64,000 nt of DNA from Octopus sinensis (GCF_006345805.1 NC_043000.1:36766001-36830000), one strand, 5' to 3'; positions 49,353 to 62,280 are shown, counted from the stretch's first letter. Numbers and translations are program-made. The notes: generated by a model not told the origin, from the sequence alone.

Positions 49353-49777
49353 ATATATATACTTATTAATCAATTTTTTTGGTTTAATCGATATGCGGGT
49401 ATTCTATTTCAGATAATACAAAAATAACTTATTGAATATATCTGACAGTAAACTCATGGTATCAGTTTGCACATCACGAATTAATACTTAAAGGATATAA
49501 CCAAAAATTACCAGCAGGGTATATAATATACTTCGTTAATTATATCCTACTTTAGTTAATACTCATATTTATTAAATATGAAGGAACTACACGTGTTTGG
49601 AAGATTACAAGATATATATATACACAACTGTATACCTATATATATATATATCAGCCGAAATTGCGAAGATGATCCGGTTCTTGACTGATGATTGAGGGCT
49701 TCGAATGTCCCATCCGTGTTCTTTGTGTCGTCTTCTAAATGTTTCACGTTCTTGTCCCAGTTTGTATATTTTTTTAC

Positions 49778-49823
<46 letters not shown>

Positions 49824-51282
49824 TTGTATATACACACACACACATAACTATATTTACACACACTGCAAAAATAACAATACAGACCGAGATGGTAAAATTC
49901 TCGATAAAATGCCAAGTCGTCAGCGATGAAGGTGCAGCTCAAGTGTGATCGTTTCATCGGACGCCAACAGGAATTCATGACAATTTTGATAACTGAGCTG
50001 AGATAATATCATTCATTAAATTCGCAGGAATAGAGAGGTGCGTGCGAGAAAGGCGATGAACGACGAGGAGAAAACGGAGAGAAGTAATTAGAAAGCAACA
50101 CATTTAGAGCGGAAAAAATACAAAATGAAAGAAGCGATCAGATAATAAGAGAGCGTCTTAGGATGGAGGAAGCGAAAAGTGCATCGTGTGTAGGCGCTTA
50201 GGAAACAGAAAGAGAAAAGCTAGCGTTGGATCATTGGGAAGTAAAGGATGGGGGGTGGGTGGAAGATTAGAGTTGAAGCGGAAGTAAAGCAGGAAGTAGT
50301 AGCAGGGATGGGGGCGATGAAGTGTGACATTATTAGAGAGAAAGGAAGGGGAGGGAACGAGAAAATCTGCAGAACTAGTAATAGGTGAGAGAGAGAGAGA
50401 GACGTGGATAAACAGATAAAAGCGAGAGAGAGAGAGAGAGAGGAGAAAGAAAAAACGAAAAGCGATAAAAGACAACTGGATGTAAAGTGGGAATATATGT
50501 ATTTTACATAATGTATATTTAATACGCGTGTAATGTCCCCGCTTTTTGCCATAAACAACATTTCTAGATACAGAGATCGTATGGAATAATATACATTCCA
50601 TTATCAACGAAATAGCGATAACTTTGAAATCATATTTTTTGTTATTTTGTGTTTTTAATTCAGTTACCTAGATTTATTAAGGAGTTGAATAATAGCTGAA
50701 AGTTCAGCGAAACATATTCAGAGATATCTGATATGAAAGTGCGATAACATTCAGCTGACAGAAACCTATCACTGCCTACGTTAGTGAGCCGAAGATAAGA
50801 GATGGAGTACTCGGATTCCTTAGCAAGTGGCAGATAACAGAAATCGTATTTTGTTTGTTTGTTTTTTTTTCAATATTCGCCAAGCATTGCAATAATGTAA
50901 ATATGATTTTACCTTAATCGTGGATTAATGTCTGATTATTTAGAGATGCAAAAATATTCGTATCGAGAGATGGGTTAACACGAATCTTGGAGCTGAGAGT
51001 TTCACATGATGGAGGTTGACGAAAATAAATATATGGTACGATTATATTCGGATATAATCGTAGGAAACTGAGATATAAACATCACTGTTATACGTCTGGC
51101 CATGTTATACAACAGTTTGATTATGCCCGGGCAGCAAAAGATTCCGCTCCTCAGCTTCGCCCTCATCTTTATCACAATACAATTTCAGTCTCTCGCTATT
51201 TTCAATTGAAGCAATATTAATTCAAAATAGACATCTATCTATCAAACCTAATATGCGCGCGCACACACACACGTTACCTATA

Positions 51283-52205
51283 TTGGGTCTTTTCATAACT
51301 AATGCGGTAATTTCATACTTATTTTACAAAATTAAGGTAAACAAAGTTATTTTTTAATCTAAAAATATACTCTCCTTCCTATTCTACAATGCTCTTCCAT
51401 CTATCTGGTAGACTTGCCAATCCCCTCTTCCAAAATTCACTTGTCCGTCACGAAAAATACTCCTCCACTACTGTTCTGACCTCTTCTACAGAATTCATAT
51501 TTTTTCCGTCCAAATGATTTTGAAGACTGCAGAATAAATGATAATCAGATGGGGCATATCCGGTGAGTAGTGTGGGTGGGGCATCGTTTCTCATTCAAAC
51601 TGCTCGAGTTTTTGGAATGTCATTTTCGCTGCATGTGACCGAGCATTATCCTGATGGAAGAACCTCTTTCGTCTTGAAACCAACGATGGTCGTTTTCCGG
51701 CGGCACGCAGCTGTCGATGAATGCTTGAATGGCCAAATTCAAGCTTTACTGCTAGTTTTTCAACAGTTACTATGAGATTTTGTTCCACCGCGGTTTGCAG
51801 GACATCCTCATCGAGCTCTAAAGATCTTCCGGTACGAGGCTCCTCATTTAGGCTGTAGTTTCCGGCTCAGAATTTCTGGAACCACCATTGACACCAGCTT
51901 ATTTTTATTGTCCGATCCCCATATACTGCATTAATATTCCTCGTACTTTCCATTGAGTTGTTGCCTTTATTGAACTCATAAAGCAAAATATGCTGAATAT
52001 GCTCCTTCGTTACTTCCATTATAGCTTTGAAAAAATAACTGTTGAAATCGAACAGCACTCTTCAAAACTTGCACTAAGAATAAGCACACAAGGCAAAATA
52101 AATACCTGCTTTTATAGCAAGTTGATGCAAGTAGTTTATCAGCCCCACCCCCAACTTTTAGTTCATGCAATTGAAACAAAACCCATTATTTATGGGATGC
52201 CCCTA
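51283..52205 (-). mobile_element. Internally deleted mariner element, 923 bp
   Basis: Degenerate TIRs (TTGGGTCTTTTCATAACTAATG vs TAGGGGCATCCCATAAATAATG) with TA on both sides. Confidence 0.88.
51354..52019 (-). pseudogene. Mariner (D,D34D-type) transposase, deleted and stop-interrupted
   Basis: MEVTKEHIQHILLYEFNKG..WFQKF..EPRTGRS..; RQLRAAGK fused directly to RPSLV..FHQDNAR; HPHYSPD..SDYHLF..EGEYILD*. The WxPHEL/TGDEKW region is absent. Confidence 0.88.
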
Positions 52206-52840
52206 TATGTGCATGTATGTGTACTCTACTGAAAGGGGTCGATTCTTTGGTTTTTGTCTGAAAGAAAGACTCTTCATAGATATGTCTTAAAAACAGAATA
52301 TATATCGGAGCGCTAACTCACGAAAACTTCTGTTGTATTTCGACTTGCTTCGACCTTGCCAATAATGTACAAATTTATCAAATGCCTAAACGAAATTCGT
52401 CTCCGATATACAGGAAGCAGTGACTAATACATTCACTGAAAATGCGGAAAGCTTTCTGAGATGTAAGAAACATCGGTGTACCCAATAGAGATATGGTTCC
52501 ATCAAACTGGCCATCTGTGTCGGAGGGAGAAATTTCATTTAGACATGTTTCGATGTAAGCAATATGTTTGTTTCTCCAATATATTCGCAGGCAGAAAAAT
52601 AATGAAAAAAGGAAAAGGTTACATGACAAGATTCACACTTACTAGAATTTAATAGCGATTGTGTGCACCCTGTTCATTATAGAGCAACTATTATTGCAGT
52701 GTTAAGACAACAAAGTGAACCCGTTTGCAGATCGAAGTTTGTTGTCAGTTAACATGAATACTGAATCCCTGGTGTGTTAATAGTACTTTGTTTCTTTAAT
52801 AGATATCTTCATTATAGTGCATGTGTGTATATACATACAT

Positions 52841-53201
52841 GTAGAGGCGCAATTGCCCAGTGGTTAAGGCAGCAGACTCGCAGTCGTAAGATCGCGGTTT
52901 CGATTCCCGGAGAGGGCGTTATGAGTGTTTATTGAGCGAAAACTCCTTAAGCTCCACAAGGTTCCGGCAGGGCTTTCACCACAACTTTCTCTCACTCTTT
53001 CTTCCTGTTTCTCTTGTACCTGTATTTTCAAAGGGGCCAGCCTTGTCACACCCTGTGTCACGCTGAATCACCCCGAGAACTACGTTACGGGTACACGTGT
53101 CTGTAAGGTGCTCAGCCACCTGCACGTTAATTTCACGAGCAGGCTGTTCCTTTGAACAGATCAACTGGAACCCTCGTCGTCGTAACCGACGGTGTGCCAC
53201 G
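52841..53201 (+). mobile_element. SINE family C, full length, 10-bp TSD
   Basis: TSD ATACATACAT at 52831-52840 and 53202-53211. Confidence 0.9.
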
Positions 53202-53374
53202 ATACATACATAGAGAGAGAGAGAGAGAGCTAAGCACTGAGGAGTTGCATAAATAAGATTACATGTTTTAAGAGTTATGTGATCCTGGCAGTTAGTCTCA
53301 CGAAACGCAAGTTTTATAAACGTAAGATTCTGTATATATTATCCGAGTCCTACTTCTACTATATATCTATATAG

Positions 53375-53725
53375 ATACGCGCAGGAGTGATTGTGTGTTA
53401 ATTAACTTGCTTACCAACCATATGGTTCCAGTTTCAGTTCCACTGATGGCACTTTGGATAAGTATCTTCTACTATAGCCCCGGGTCGACCAAAGTCTTGT
53501 GGGTGGATTTGGTAGAAGGAAACTGAAAGAAGCCCACCGTATGTCCCCTCAACATCGCTTGACAACTGTTGCTGGGGTGTCTACTTCCTCGTAACCCTAG
53601 CGGTTCGGCAAAAGATACCGATAGAATCAGAACTAGGCTTACAAAGAATAAGTCCTGGGGTCGATTTGCTCGACTAAAGGCTGTGCTCCAGTATAACTGC
53701 AGTCAAATGACAAATAAATAAAGGA
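53375..53725 (+). mobile_element. SINE family B lacking the central microsatellite
   Basis: CGCGCAGGAGTG head to GCAGTCAAATGAC tail; GAAGCCCACCGTATGTCCCC junction. Confidence 0.85.
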
Positions 53726-53734
53726 ATAAATCTA

Positions 53735-53823
53735 TATTCTTTTACTGGTTTCAGTCATTTGGGCTCGTTAGTCGAAGAAATCGGTTGTCAAACGATGGGG
53801 TGAGAGACAAACGCAAAGACACG

Positions 53824-53862
<39 letters not shown>

Positions 53863-54020
53863 CGGGCTTCTTTCAGTTTCCGTCTACCAAATCTACTCAA
53901 AAGGCTTTGGTCAGCCCGAGGCTATAGTAGACTGCACTTGTCGTAAGTGCCACGCAGTGGGACTGAACCCGAAACCATGTAGTTGGGAAACAAACCTCTT
54001 ACCACACAACCACGCCCCCG
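53735..54020 (-). mobile_element. SINE family B, internally deleted, tail-to-tail with the previous copy
   Basis: TTTCAGTCATTTG..ATCGGTTGTCAAACG..(AT)n..GACGGGCTTCTTTCAG..CCACACAACCAC. Confidence 0.85.
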
Positions 54021-54087
54021 CATATATATGTGTGTGTGTGTAGAAGGTAGAAAAGTAAAACACAAATTGATATGTATGAATTATGCT

Positions 54088-54157
54088 TAAGGAAAATAAG
54101 ACAAGGTAGAAAATGCTAAAATATTTCAGCATTTTCTACCTTCTCTTATTTTCCTTA
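54088..54157. repeat. 30-bp palindrome with 10-nt loop
   Basis: TAAGGAAAATAAGACAAGGTAGAAAATGCT and AGCATTTTCTACCTTCTCTTATTTTCCTTA pair at 29 of 30 positions. Confidence 0.92.
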
Positions 54158-54321
54158 TAAATGGATCAAACCAGTTCGATTTAAATTCTGTTCTACATTG
54201 GTTTCCAAGCCTCTTATAAGACTTTTCGTCAGACACTAAAGTAAACACATAAATGTGAAACTAAGTGAAAAAATAGTACTCGAATACTGGAGGTAGAGTA
54301 TATTATGCTTTATTAATACAG

Positions 54322-54348
54322 TATATATATATAAATAAATATATATAT

Positions 54349-54402
<54 letters not shown>
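54322..54402. repeat. (AT)n microsatellite
   Basis: Direct reading. Confidence 0.95.
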
Positions 54403-54406
<4 letters not shown>

Positions 54407-55019
54407 CACACAATAAGAGTAGAAATTAATATTATTAAATAATATCAGTTACAACCAGTGGTCAGCATAATTAAAAAAACGTCTGAGGACTATAGATTAT
54501 ATTCAAATATGATTAAGAAGAAAGACCACTAAGTGGATCCCTTGTATGCTAAAAATAGACGTCAAATCGCCTTACCACGAAATCTGTGTTCTCAAGGTAG
54601 CAAGACTCTAGATGTTTACGAGGTAGACAAATGAAACTTCAAATTGCAGGCAATATAAATTATAAACATTGCCAGCGGTGAATTTCTGTGTAATCCAAGT
54701 GTTTTGTCTCGTGAAGCCCCCTCACAGATGGTGACTTTCTGGCAGTTGAAAGGTAGTTATGTCTCCTAGAACGCCAGTGCATTCGTAGTCCCGAAATTAT
54801 ATAAATACTAGTGAGTGGTATTTATATCATTAGAAACAAATATCAAAGAACGAAGTTAGTGTTTGGGTTGGTTTAGAATTGTTTCAGTAGCTCCAATGAA
54901 ACCAATCATAGGATTGACATGTCAACAACGGCTGGTTTATCACCAGGTGCTGTGGAATCATTCCATCATGGTCGATGCCGAAGCCAGTTCCTCTGAAGGC
55001 TGCAAAAAAGAATTCAGCC

Positions 55020-55280
55020 GATCTATGCCTTGCAAGTGAATTTGGTAGGTGGAAACTGTGCGGAAGCACGTTGTTAATGTGTGTGTGTGTGTGTGGTCGT
55101 GTTTGTACCTACCACCACTCGCCAACTGCTGTTGTTCCTGTAACTCAGCTGCTCGGCAAAGGGAACGATAGTATAAGATAATAAGTACCAGAATTGAATA
55201 ATAATTACTGGACTGCGGTCGATTTTTTTGCTGACCAAACACTCCAAGACGGTGTCGCAGCATGGCTGCAGCCGTATGAC
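55020..55280 (+). mobile_element. SINE family B, partial
   Basis: TTTGGTAGGTGGAAACTG..(GT)n..CTCGGCAAAGG..GCAGCATGGCTGCAG. Confidence 0.65.
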
Positions 55281-55682
55281 TCAGGATGCATACCGAAGGT
55301 TAAGGTGGAAGATACTCATGGTTTCGAGCTATGAAATCGAACTCGAAACTCGATTCCGTCTCCATACACCGATGGAAAGCAAACTGGTTTAGAAGGAAAT
55401 TACATCAGACATGAAATAATATAAGCAATAGATGATTTCTAGAAAGGAATCGAAGAAAATGTTAAACATTTTGACATCATAAACCCTCTCGTCTGTCAAC
55501 TCCCAGTGTGTAACAACAGGGGGTTAATATAAAAATGTCTATCAAACAATTTATTTCGTTTCGTTACATTATAAGTGAGAGATTTGCTGAAGTGTACACG
55601 GTGTCAGATTTGATAAGATGTTTGTGTTTACATCTGAAATATTTGTAAATATAAGAACGAATTATTCTCTCTTTCCCACATC

Positions 55683-55729
<47 letters not shown>

Positions 55730-55765
55730 TGTATGTATGTATGTATGTATGTATGTATGTATGTA
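55683..55765. repeat. (AT)n + (TATG)n microsatellite
   Basis: Direct reading. Confidence 0.95.
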
Positions 55766-56369
55766 TTCTCTCTCCTTTTAAACTTTTTAATTCTCTTTGT
55801 CGAGAAAGTTTAGAACAGAAATGAGAGTCGGAACTGAAACAGCAGGAAGAAAATATTCATAAAATAACGTCGACAGCGTTTTTCTTTTTAAATTTCACAT
55901 AATTTTTCAAGTAAATGATTAAAGGCGAGTAAAGAAAGAAAATAGAATTAAATAATGATTAAACATGATAAAGAAATATGTTTACAAAAGAGAAATAAAA
56001 AAAAATTCATACAAGGGTAGCCATGACCGTCTGGAGACCTGTCATGTGTGTGTCTGTGTGCGTGTGTATGCCGCACGACCTTCAGAACAAGATACCCTTA
56101 ATTATTATCCGAGTATAAGACTATTGATAAAGACAATCGTGCATTATCAATATGTTTTAATACAAAAAACAAAACCAATATGAAGTCACGAACCCTTTAA
56201 GAAGTTGAATCTTACGAGCAAGTACAAGCATTTATTTCTATCATCATCAGCAGCAGCCGATTAACGGATGTCACTGTTGTTTCGACACCCGAGCAGCACC
56301 ATTCAATCTGCCGGTTTGGGGAGTGTTTCTTTTGCCGCTCTTATTTTATAATAATTAGTTACGATAGCC

Positions 56370-56950
56370 ATAGGTTTTAAGAAAATTAGTGCAAAGGACA
56401 GTGCTTAGAAGATAAAAAAACTGATTACGATAGAATTGAAGGAGAAAATCATTGATAAACATCGCAGAGGAATGCGTGTAGTAGACATAGCAGATCAATA
56501 CGACAGAAGCACGTCGGAGATCTGCACCATCCTGAAGAAAAAGGACGAGATTAATGCCGTTAGAACAGCAAAAGGTGTCTCTAGGCTCCTCAAGGAATAC
56601 ATATGTGTCCCACGAAGTGGGGAAAAAGATTGCTTCTTCTGTGAATCAACGAGAAGCAACTCGCATGGGATACAATTATAGAGACTATCACCTGCGAGAA
56701 AGCACGAGCGCAGTATGGGGATCTCCCGAAGCAGAGGACAGTGTAACGGAAAAGGCTATCTCGACGAGTGACATAAAGGTAGTGTTGGCAAAGTGTATAT
56801 TTCTGAATTTGTAGAAAAGTATCATCCTGCAAAAGTATATCTACAGGTCGTGCAGTTGCTTTATTTTTTTAATAACTCAGCTCCGACGCATTTTCGTAAC
56901 ATTTTGAAAGGCAGGAAAAAGCAGACTTCTCAATAGAGAAGGTTTGTGTA
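56370..56950 (+). pseudogene. pogo/Tigger transposase remnant: CENP-B-type HTH domains fused to the C-terminus, DDE domain deleted
   Basis: KKLITIELKEKIIDKHRRGMRVVDIADQYDRSTSEICTILK; INEKQLAWDTIIETITCEKARAQYGDL; then ISTSDIK..EKYHP..HFRNILKGRKKQTS. Confidence 0.8.
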
Positions 56951-57493
56951 GGACGAGTCGCACATTTTGAAAAAAAACTAACAACATAAATTTGGCGCAA
57001 ATGTTTGGCATAAACTCAATGAACAAAAGACATGAGGCCTTTCTATTAGAGTTCTATATCGCTTGCCTTTATTGCTTTCGCCCCAGGTGAGATTCCAAAA
57101 GTTCCCAAATGCACACCTGGATAGCAAACCAGAAATTTCTAATTCAGGTGCCTGCACATTATAGATTTCCTGTAATTAGTCAACTGTTGAGTCTTTTGAG
57201 TTCATTTAAGCTTTCACGGATCCAAAAGCCACTACGAACACCCAAACCATCCGACATTGACATGAAGCCGGTTTAGTCACCGGCAGCTCAGTCGTGCAAC
57301 TGGCTGTACGAAGTTACATGTTACTAGCAGTACTTCAAAGTGACCTAATACATCATAGTCTACTAATGAAGCTGCTGAAGACGGTTCGTGAAGTCTTCCT
57401 AACTTTAACAACAGATCATCTTTCGCTACCTTTGATAATCAGATACCAATTTCTTCACTTCGTTTCACAATTATGTGCGCACATGTTTGTTCA

Positions 57494-57570
57494 TATATAT
57501 ATATAAATATATATACACATATATATACACACACACATATATATACACACACACACACATATATATATAT

Positions 57571-57646
<76 letters not shown>

Positions 57647-58072
57647 TATATATAATATATATACACACATATATATATATATATATATATTATATACACA
57701 CATATATAATATATATATATATATACACACATATATATATATATATATACACAACACATATATATATATATATACACACACATATATATACATATATATA
57801 TACACACACATATATATATACATATATATATACACACACATATATATACATATATATATATACACATATATATATACTGATATATATATATACACATATA
57901 TATATATATACACATATATATATATACAACACACACACATATATATATACACACATATATATATACACACATACATATATATATATTTATATACACACAT
58001 ATATATATATATACACACACACACATATATATACATATATATATATGTGTGTGTGTGTGTATATATGTGTGA
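57494..58072. repeat. About 580-bp compound (AT)n(AC)m microsatellite array
   Basis: Direct reading; source of the YI/TH/CV-rich ORFs. Confidence 0.95.
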
Positions 58073-58686
58073 GTGTTATGACAAAATGTAATAGGTTCTG
58101 TCATTTGTACTGTTTCAATATTTTCACGAGAAATATGTCCGAAAGTAGACGTTCAAATTTACACACACACACACACACATTAGTTTTGATTTTATTTTTA
58201 TTCCATGCATGAGTCAGTCGTGGTTATTTATATCCGAGAACCAATATGAGTCAGTGGTTATTCCTAGCCAAAATGAATCATGACATACGTTGCATTCAGG
58301 CCCTTTCTAAACAAGTTCTCTCATATTCCTATTTCTGTGATTTTTTTTGTCTGTTATATAATTAAACAATATTTCAATGAATATTATATTTTCACCTTTT
58401 ATTTTATTGTGTTTCGGTATTATATTTAAATACGGAAATTAAGAACTATTACGGAGGAAAATGTGGGTTATTTAGCTTCCCTAATAATAGCCAGTTCTGC
58501 TTGGTTCTTTATCGTATTTATTTATGTAGCTTTATGAAAGTTTTTGAATGTCAAAAGGGCTGTCGTTCAGTTTGCCATATTAACAGAATAATGGATATAG
58601 TGTAACATTTGGAAATCAACGAACTTATTCAATATACATATATTCATATATACATACGCTTACACACACAGTCATATATATACATA

Positions 58687-58820
58687 CATGTATGTATGTA
58701 TGTATGTATGTATGTATGTATGTATGTATGTATGTATGTATGTATGTATGTATGTATGTATGTATGTATGTATGTATGTATGTATGTATGTATGTATGTA
58801 TGTATGTATGTATGTATGTA
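58687..58820. repeat. Perfect (ATGT)n array
   Basis: Direct reading. Confidence 0.95.
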
Positions 58821-59682
58821 TATGTGTGTGTGTGTGTTATATCCGCATGAAGTGGCTGCGTCCACGGCATTCGCAGGTTCTCTGAAATAGTTAAGTATGC
58901 CATTCTTAATGTTTCTCTTGAGCCGTTGTAAGATAATGAAACAAAGACACCCTGAAGGAACTCTCGAGGGCCTACATCCTGGGTAGGGAAGTCTGGGATC
59001 TTAGACGAAAGGAATGTTTTGATGAGAGGATGGATTAGTGCGCAGATATGAATTTAGCCAGGAGAAGAAGCAATTATTGCAGCCTAGAAATTACAGAGCA
59101 GAGAGGAAGTCCACCTAAGGCAAGAGGATAGATCGTGCTCGGTTGTGGTGGCATTTCTGGACTTGATATGACTGTCTATATGTGCAGCGGCACTACTGTC
59201 GCAAATGTTCAAAACCATTAGGTGTCACCTGAGCTTGGTAGAGTTCCAAAAAGAGTTAAGTCCTGAACTATCTTTCATTTCATGAAAGATAACCCAGTCG
59301 TTGATATGCAGTCCTATATCTATTGAGGATGTGCTGTTAAGTTACAGCACATCCTGATAAGGGTGTACTTTAAAAGATTCGTTGATGATGAAGTCCAACA
59401 CTTAAGTTATTGCGAGGGTCTCATTTGTGTGTTGCTCATGATAAAGAGCGACGTGATGAGATGAAATTATTTTGATATTGGTAGCGCTGATGTTTTCTTG
59501 CTGTTGAAGCAGATAAGATTGGTGGATCCTCATTGATGCTTTCGAAGTCCCTGTTCACGGAAATTGCAAAGGTTTGATGAGTAGTGTCTAGGGTATCAGT
59601 TATGGAAGATCAAAGAAGAATGAAGATTAGTGCCTTATGCACAAAAGAGGGAGTTGTTGAACCTGGTGGCAAGTAAGGTAAC

Positions 59683-59740
59683 TGGCCTTCCGTCGGTTGC
59701 GACGACGTGTGTGCCAACTGATCCGATGAACAGAACAGCT
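59683..59740 (-). mobile_element. Isolated SINE C/D 3' tail
   Basis: Minus: GCTGTTCTGTTCATCGGATCAGTTGG..CGTCGTCGCAACCGACGGAAGGCCA. Confidence 0.7.
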
Positions 59741-60311
59741 TGTTCATAAATAAGATATGGGAAAGGTCATTGCTAAGCAATTTTGATTTGGAGATTCTTA
59801 TGGGCAACTTGATCGAAATCTATGGTGGCTTCGAAGGTAACAATGCATTCACCAAATTTTTGCAATGTCAGGGTCAACTTGTGTAAAAAAGAAAACACTT
59901 CGATTCCGAGATATTTACTGAAGTGAAACTTTTCCCACGTTTCTGTAAACGAACCCGTTAAATATAAAACTACACCTCTTTATTTTAAATAATACTGCTT
60001 AGTACACCTTGAATTAATTTCTAAGTCACAAAACTTTGCATGCACCAGCAAATGTATTATGTTGTTCACGCGATAAAGCACGGTAGTTCCCAGAGGTCTA
60101 TGAACGATGAATTCACAGCTGATAAAACACGTGTGTGTGTGTGAGTATATATATATATATATATATATATTAATTTAGAGATAGTAGACCCCTTCGTCTC
60201 ACCATATAAAAAATAATTTTAATTTTTTGTGAGATCTCTAAATGAAAATATATATTTCTTCATTGAGAATAATTTGAACCCCTGTTATGCCGGAATTTTT
60301 AATCCCTAACA

Positions 60312-60342
<31 letters not shown>

Positions 60343-60514
60343 AACACATGTATATTACATGTATACATAAAGACATATTATATATATATATATATGTATA
60401 CACACACACGTGTATATTACATATACACATAAACACATATATATATATACATACACAGACGTGTATACATACACACTCATACAAACACAAACAAATACAC
60501 ACACACATTGGTAC

Positions 60515-62280
60515 ACTGTATTAAACATATCTCTTCCGGTAAAGCATCTGACAGTGATGCTCTCCTTCCTGAAATTTACAAACAATGATGGCCAGTAGAA
60601 ACAGTATAACCACTTCAGAAACATCTAGAAGGCACGTCGTGTACCACAGGACTTCAAGGATGCCTCAGTTCAACACCTATATAAGAAAGCAACAAAAGAG
60701 TTTGTCTTAATCATCGTGGAATATCGCTTCTGTCCATCGCTGATAAGATACTTGCTCGACTCATTCTTGACAGGATCATCAAACATGTAAATGATATTGA
60801 TCCAGAATCACAATGCGGATTTCGCTCTGGTCTATCGACATGATCTTTTCCTTCCGACAGGTCATGGAGAAGGTACGTGAGAAAAATCAAGAGTTGTTCT
60901 TGATATTCGTTGGCCTTACTAAGACCTTCGACACTGTTAACCGTCAAGCACTATGGAAAGTTCTGATAAAGCTTGATATACCTGACAAGATGCTGAATGT
61001 TATCAGCTTTTTTCATGAGGGAATGGAAGCTGCTGTCGTGTCCGGTGGGGAATCTGCGGCTTCCTTCGACGTTACATACGGCACAAAGCAAGGCAGTGTT
61101 ATGGCTCCTGTTTTGTTTGCACTTTTCTTTTCTTTTCAGTGATGCTGGGGTATGCTTTTGGCGACATACAAAGTGGTGTCAGATTCCAGTTTCGAACAAG
61201 TGGTGGACTATTCAATCATCAGTATTTCAAAGCCAGAACACTGCTACGCACCAGTATCATTCCTGATCTACTTTTTTGTGCAGATGCTGCTGCACTAGTA
61301 ACGACCTCTTTGGAGGAGGCTCAAACTTCTAGACCGGTTTTCTGCTGCATGTAAAGCTTTTGGTTTGACCATCTACAAAAAGATGGAAATAATCCACCAA
61401 CCTTGCCCTACTCCTAAATAAATTCGAGGTGCCAAGTAGAGGCCACCGATCCGCAATTTTCCTGACACTCCTATACAAGTTGATGAGAAAAGCCTTACTT
61501 ATGTGAAGTCATTTACACATCTTGGTAGTAAGGTGAATTTGAGCGCTTCCCATGACGATAAAATCGTCAACTGTCTTGCAATGGCAACCAACGCATTTGG
61601 CAAACTCCGTAATCGCCTATGGAATGAAAGGGCTTCAAACTTGACACCAAAGTACAGGTCTATAAAGCAGCCATTCTTACTACTCTCTTGTATGGCTCAG
61701 AATCGTGGATACCCTATAGACGACACATTAACCAACTAGACATCTTCCACAAAGACTGTCTGAGGACAATCTGCGGTTATTCACTAAAAGACAGAGTTTC
61801 TAATGCCAACTTGTTTAGAAGTGTAAGATTGGTGGAATCGAGAGCTTCCTTATAAATCAAAATTGCGCTGGACTGGCCATGTCGCCATGTACAACCAGCT
61901 TGAGAGTGGTTACAGGAATGTTGGTCGACCATGGCTCAGATATAAGGACAAGCTGAAGAGTAACCAATTAGAGATGAAGATAACTCACAACACCTTTGAG
62001 CGAACAGCATCGTAACGAACAAAATGGAGGTCATTGTGTCAAAATGGCATTAAAAACTTTGTTGTAACCAGCATTAACAGGCTTCGGGGTGCAAAGCAAA
62101 GGAGAAAAGCGGCTGCAAATATGCCACGTGTAATCCTCAAACTTGCAAAATTTGTGGCCTTCTTTGAAAATCGTTGGCGGGTGGGTCTTAAATGTCACAT
62201 CCGACATAAGCATAATGACTGACAAAGTAAGAGTGCGTTGTCGGAGCCTCATACGTCAAAACCGACGGGAAAGTCCATCA
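60515..62280 (+). pseudogene. RTE-clade LINE 2: 5'-truncated RT, C-terminal CCHH finger, 3' UTR, then (CA)n
   Basis: SSGKAS..PEIYK; HRGISLLS; PESQCGFR; FVGLTKTFDTV; KQGSVMAP; LFCADAAAL; FTHLGS; LLYGSESW; LRWTGHV; C..CG..GLKCHIRHKH. Multiple frameshifts. Confidence 0.92.

Noticed and set aside
49675-49715. CTGATGA..CTTCGAATGTC motif
   Set aside because: Has GAAU rather than GAAA, no helix III and no helix I pairing.
50695-50735. GCTGAAAGTTCAGCGAAACATATTC
   Set aside because: Core reads CUGAAAG, not CUGANGA, and the segment is a simple hairpin.
57439-58212. Long YI/TH/CV-rich ORFs up to 245 aa (also 15782-16441, 58609-58903)
   Set aside because: Translations of stop-free microsatellites.
58870-59660. 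Possible Penelope-like RT remnant on the minus strand
   Set aside because: Only vague similarity (KCHHNRARSI, VALYHEQHTNETL); no YVDD or QG..MG motif found. Needs TBLASTX or an HMM search.
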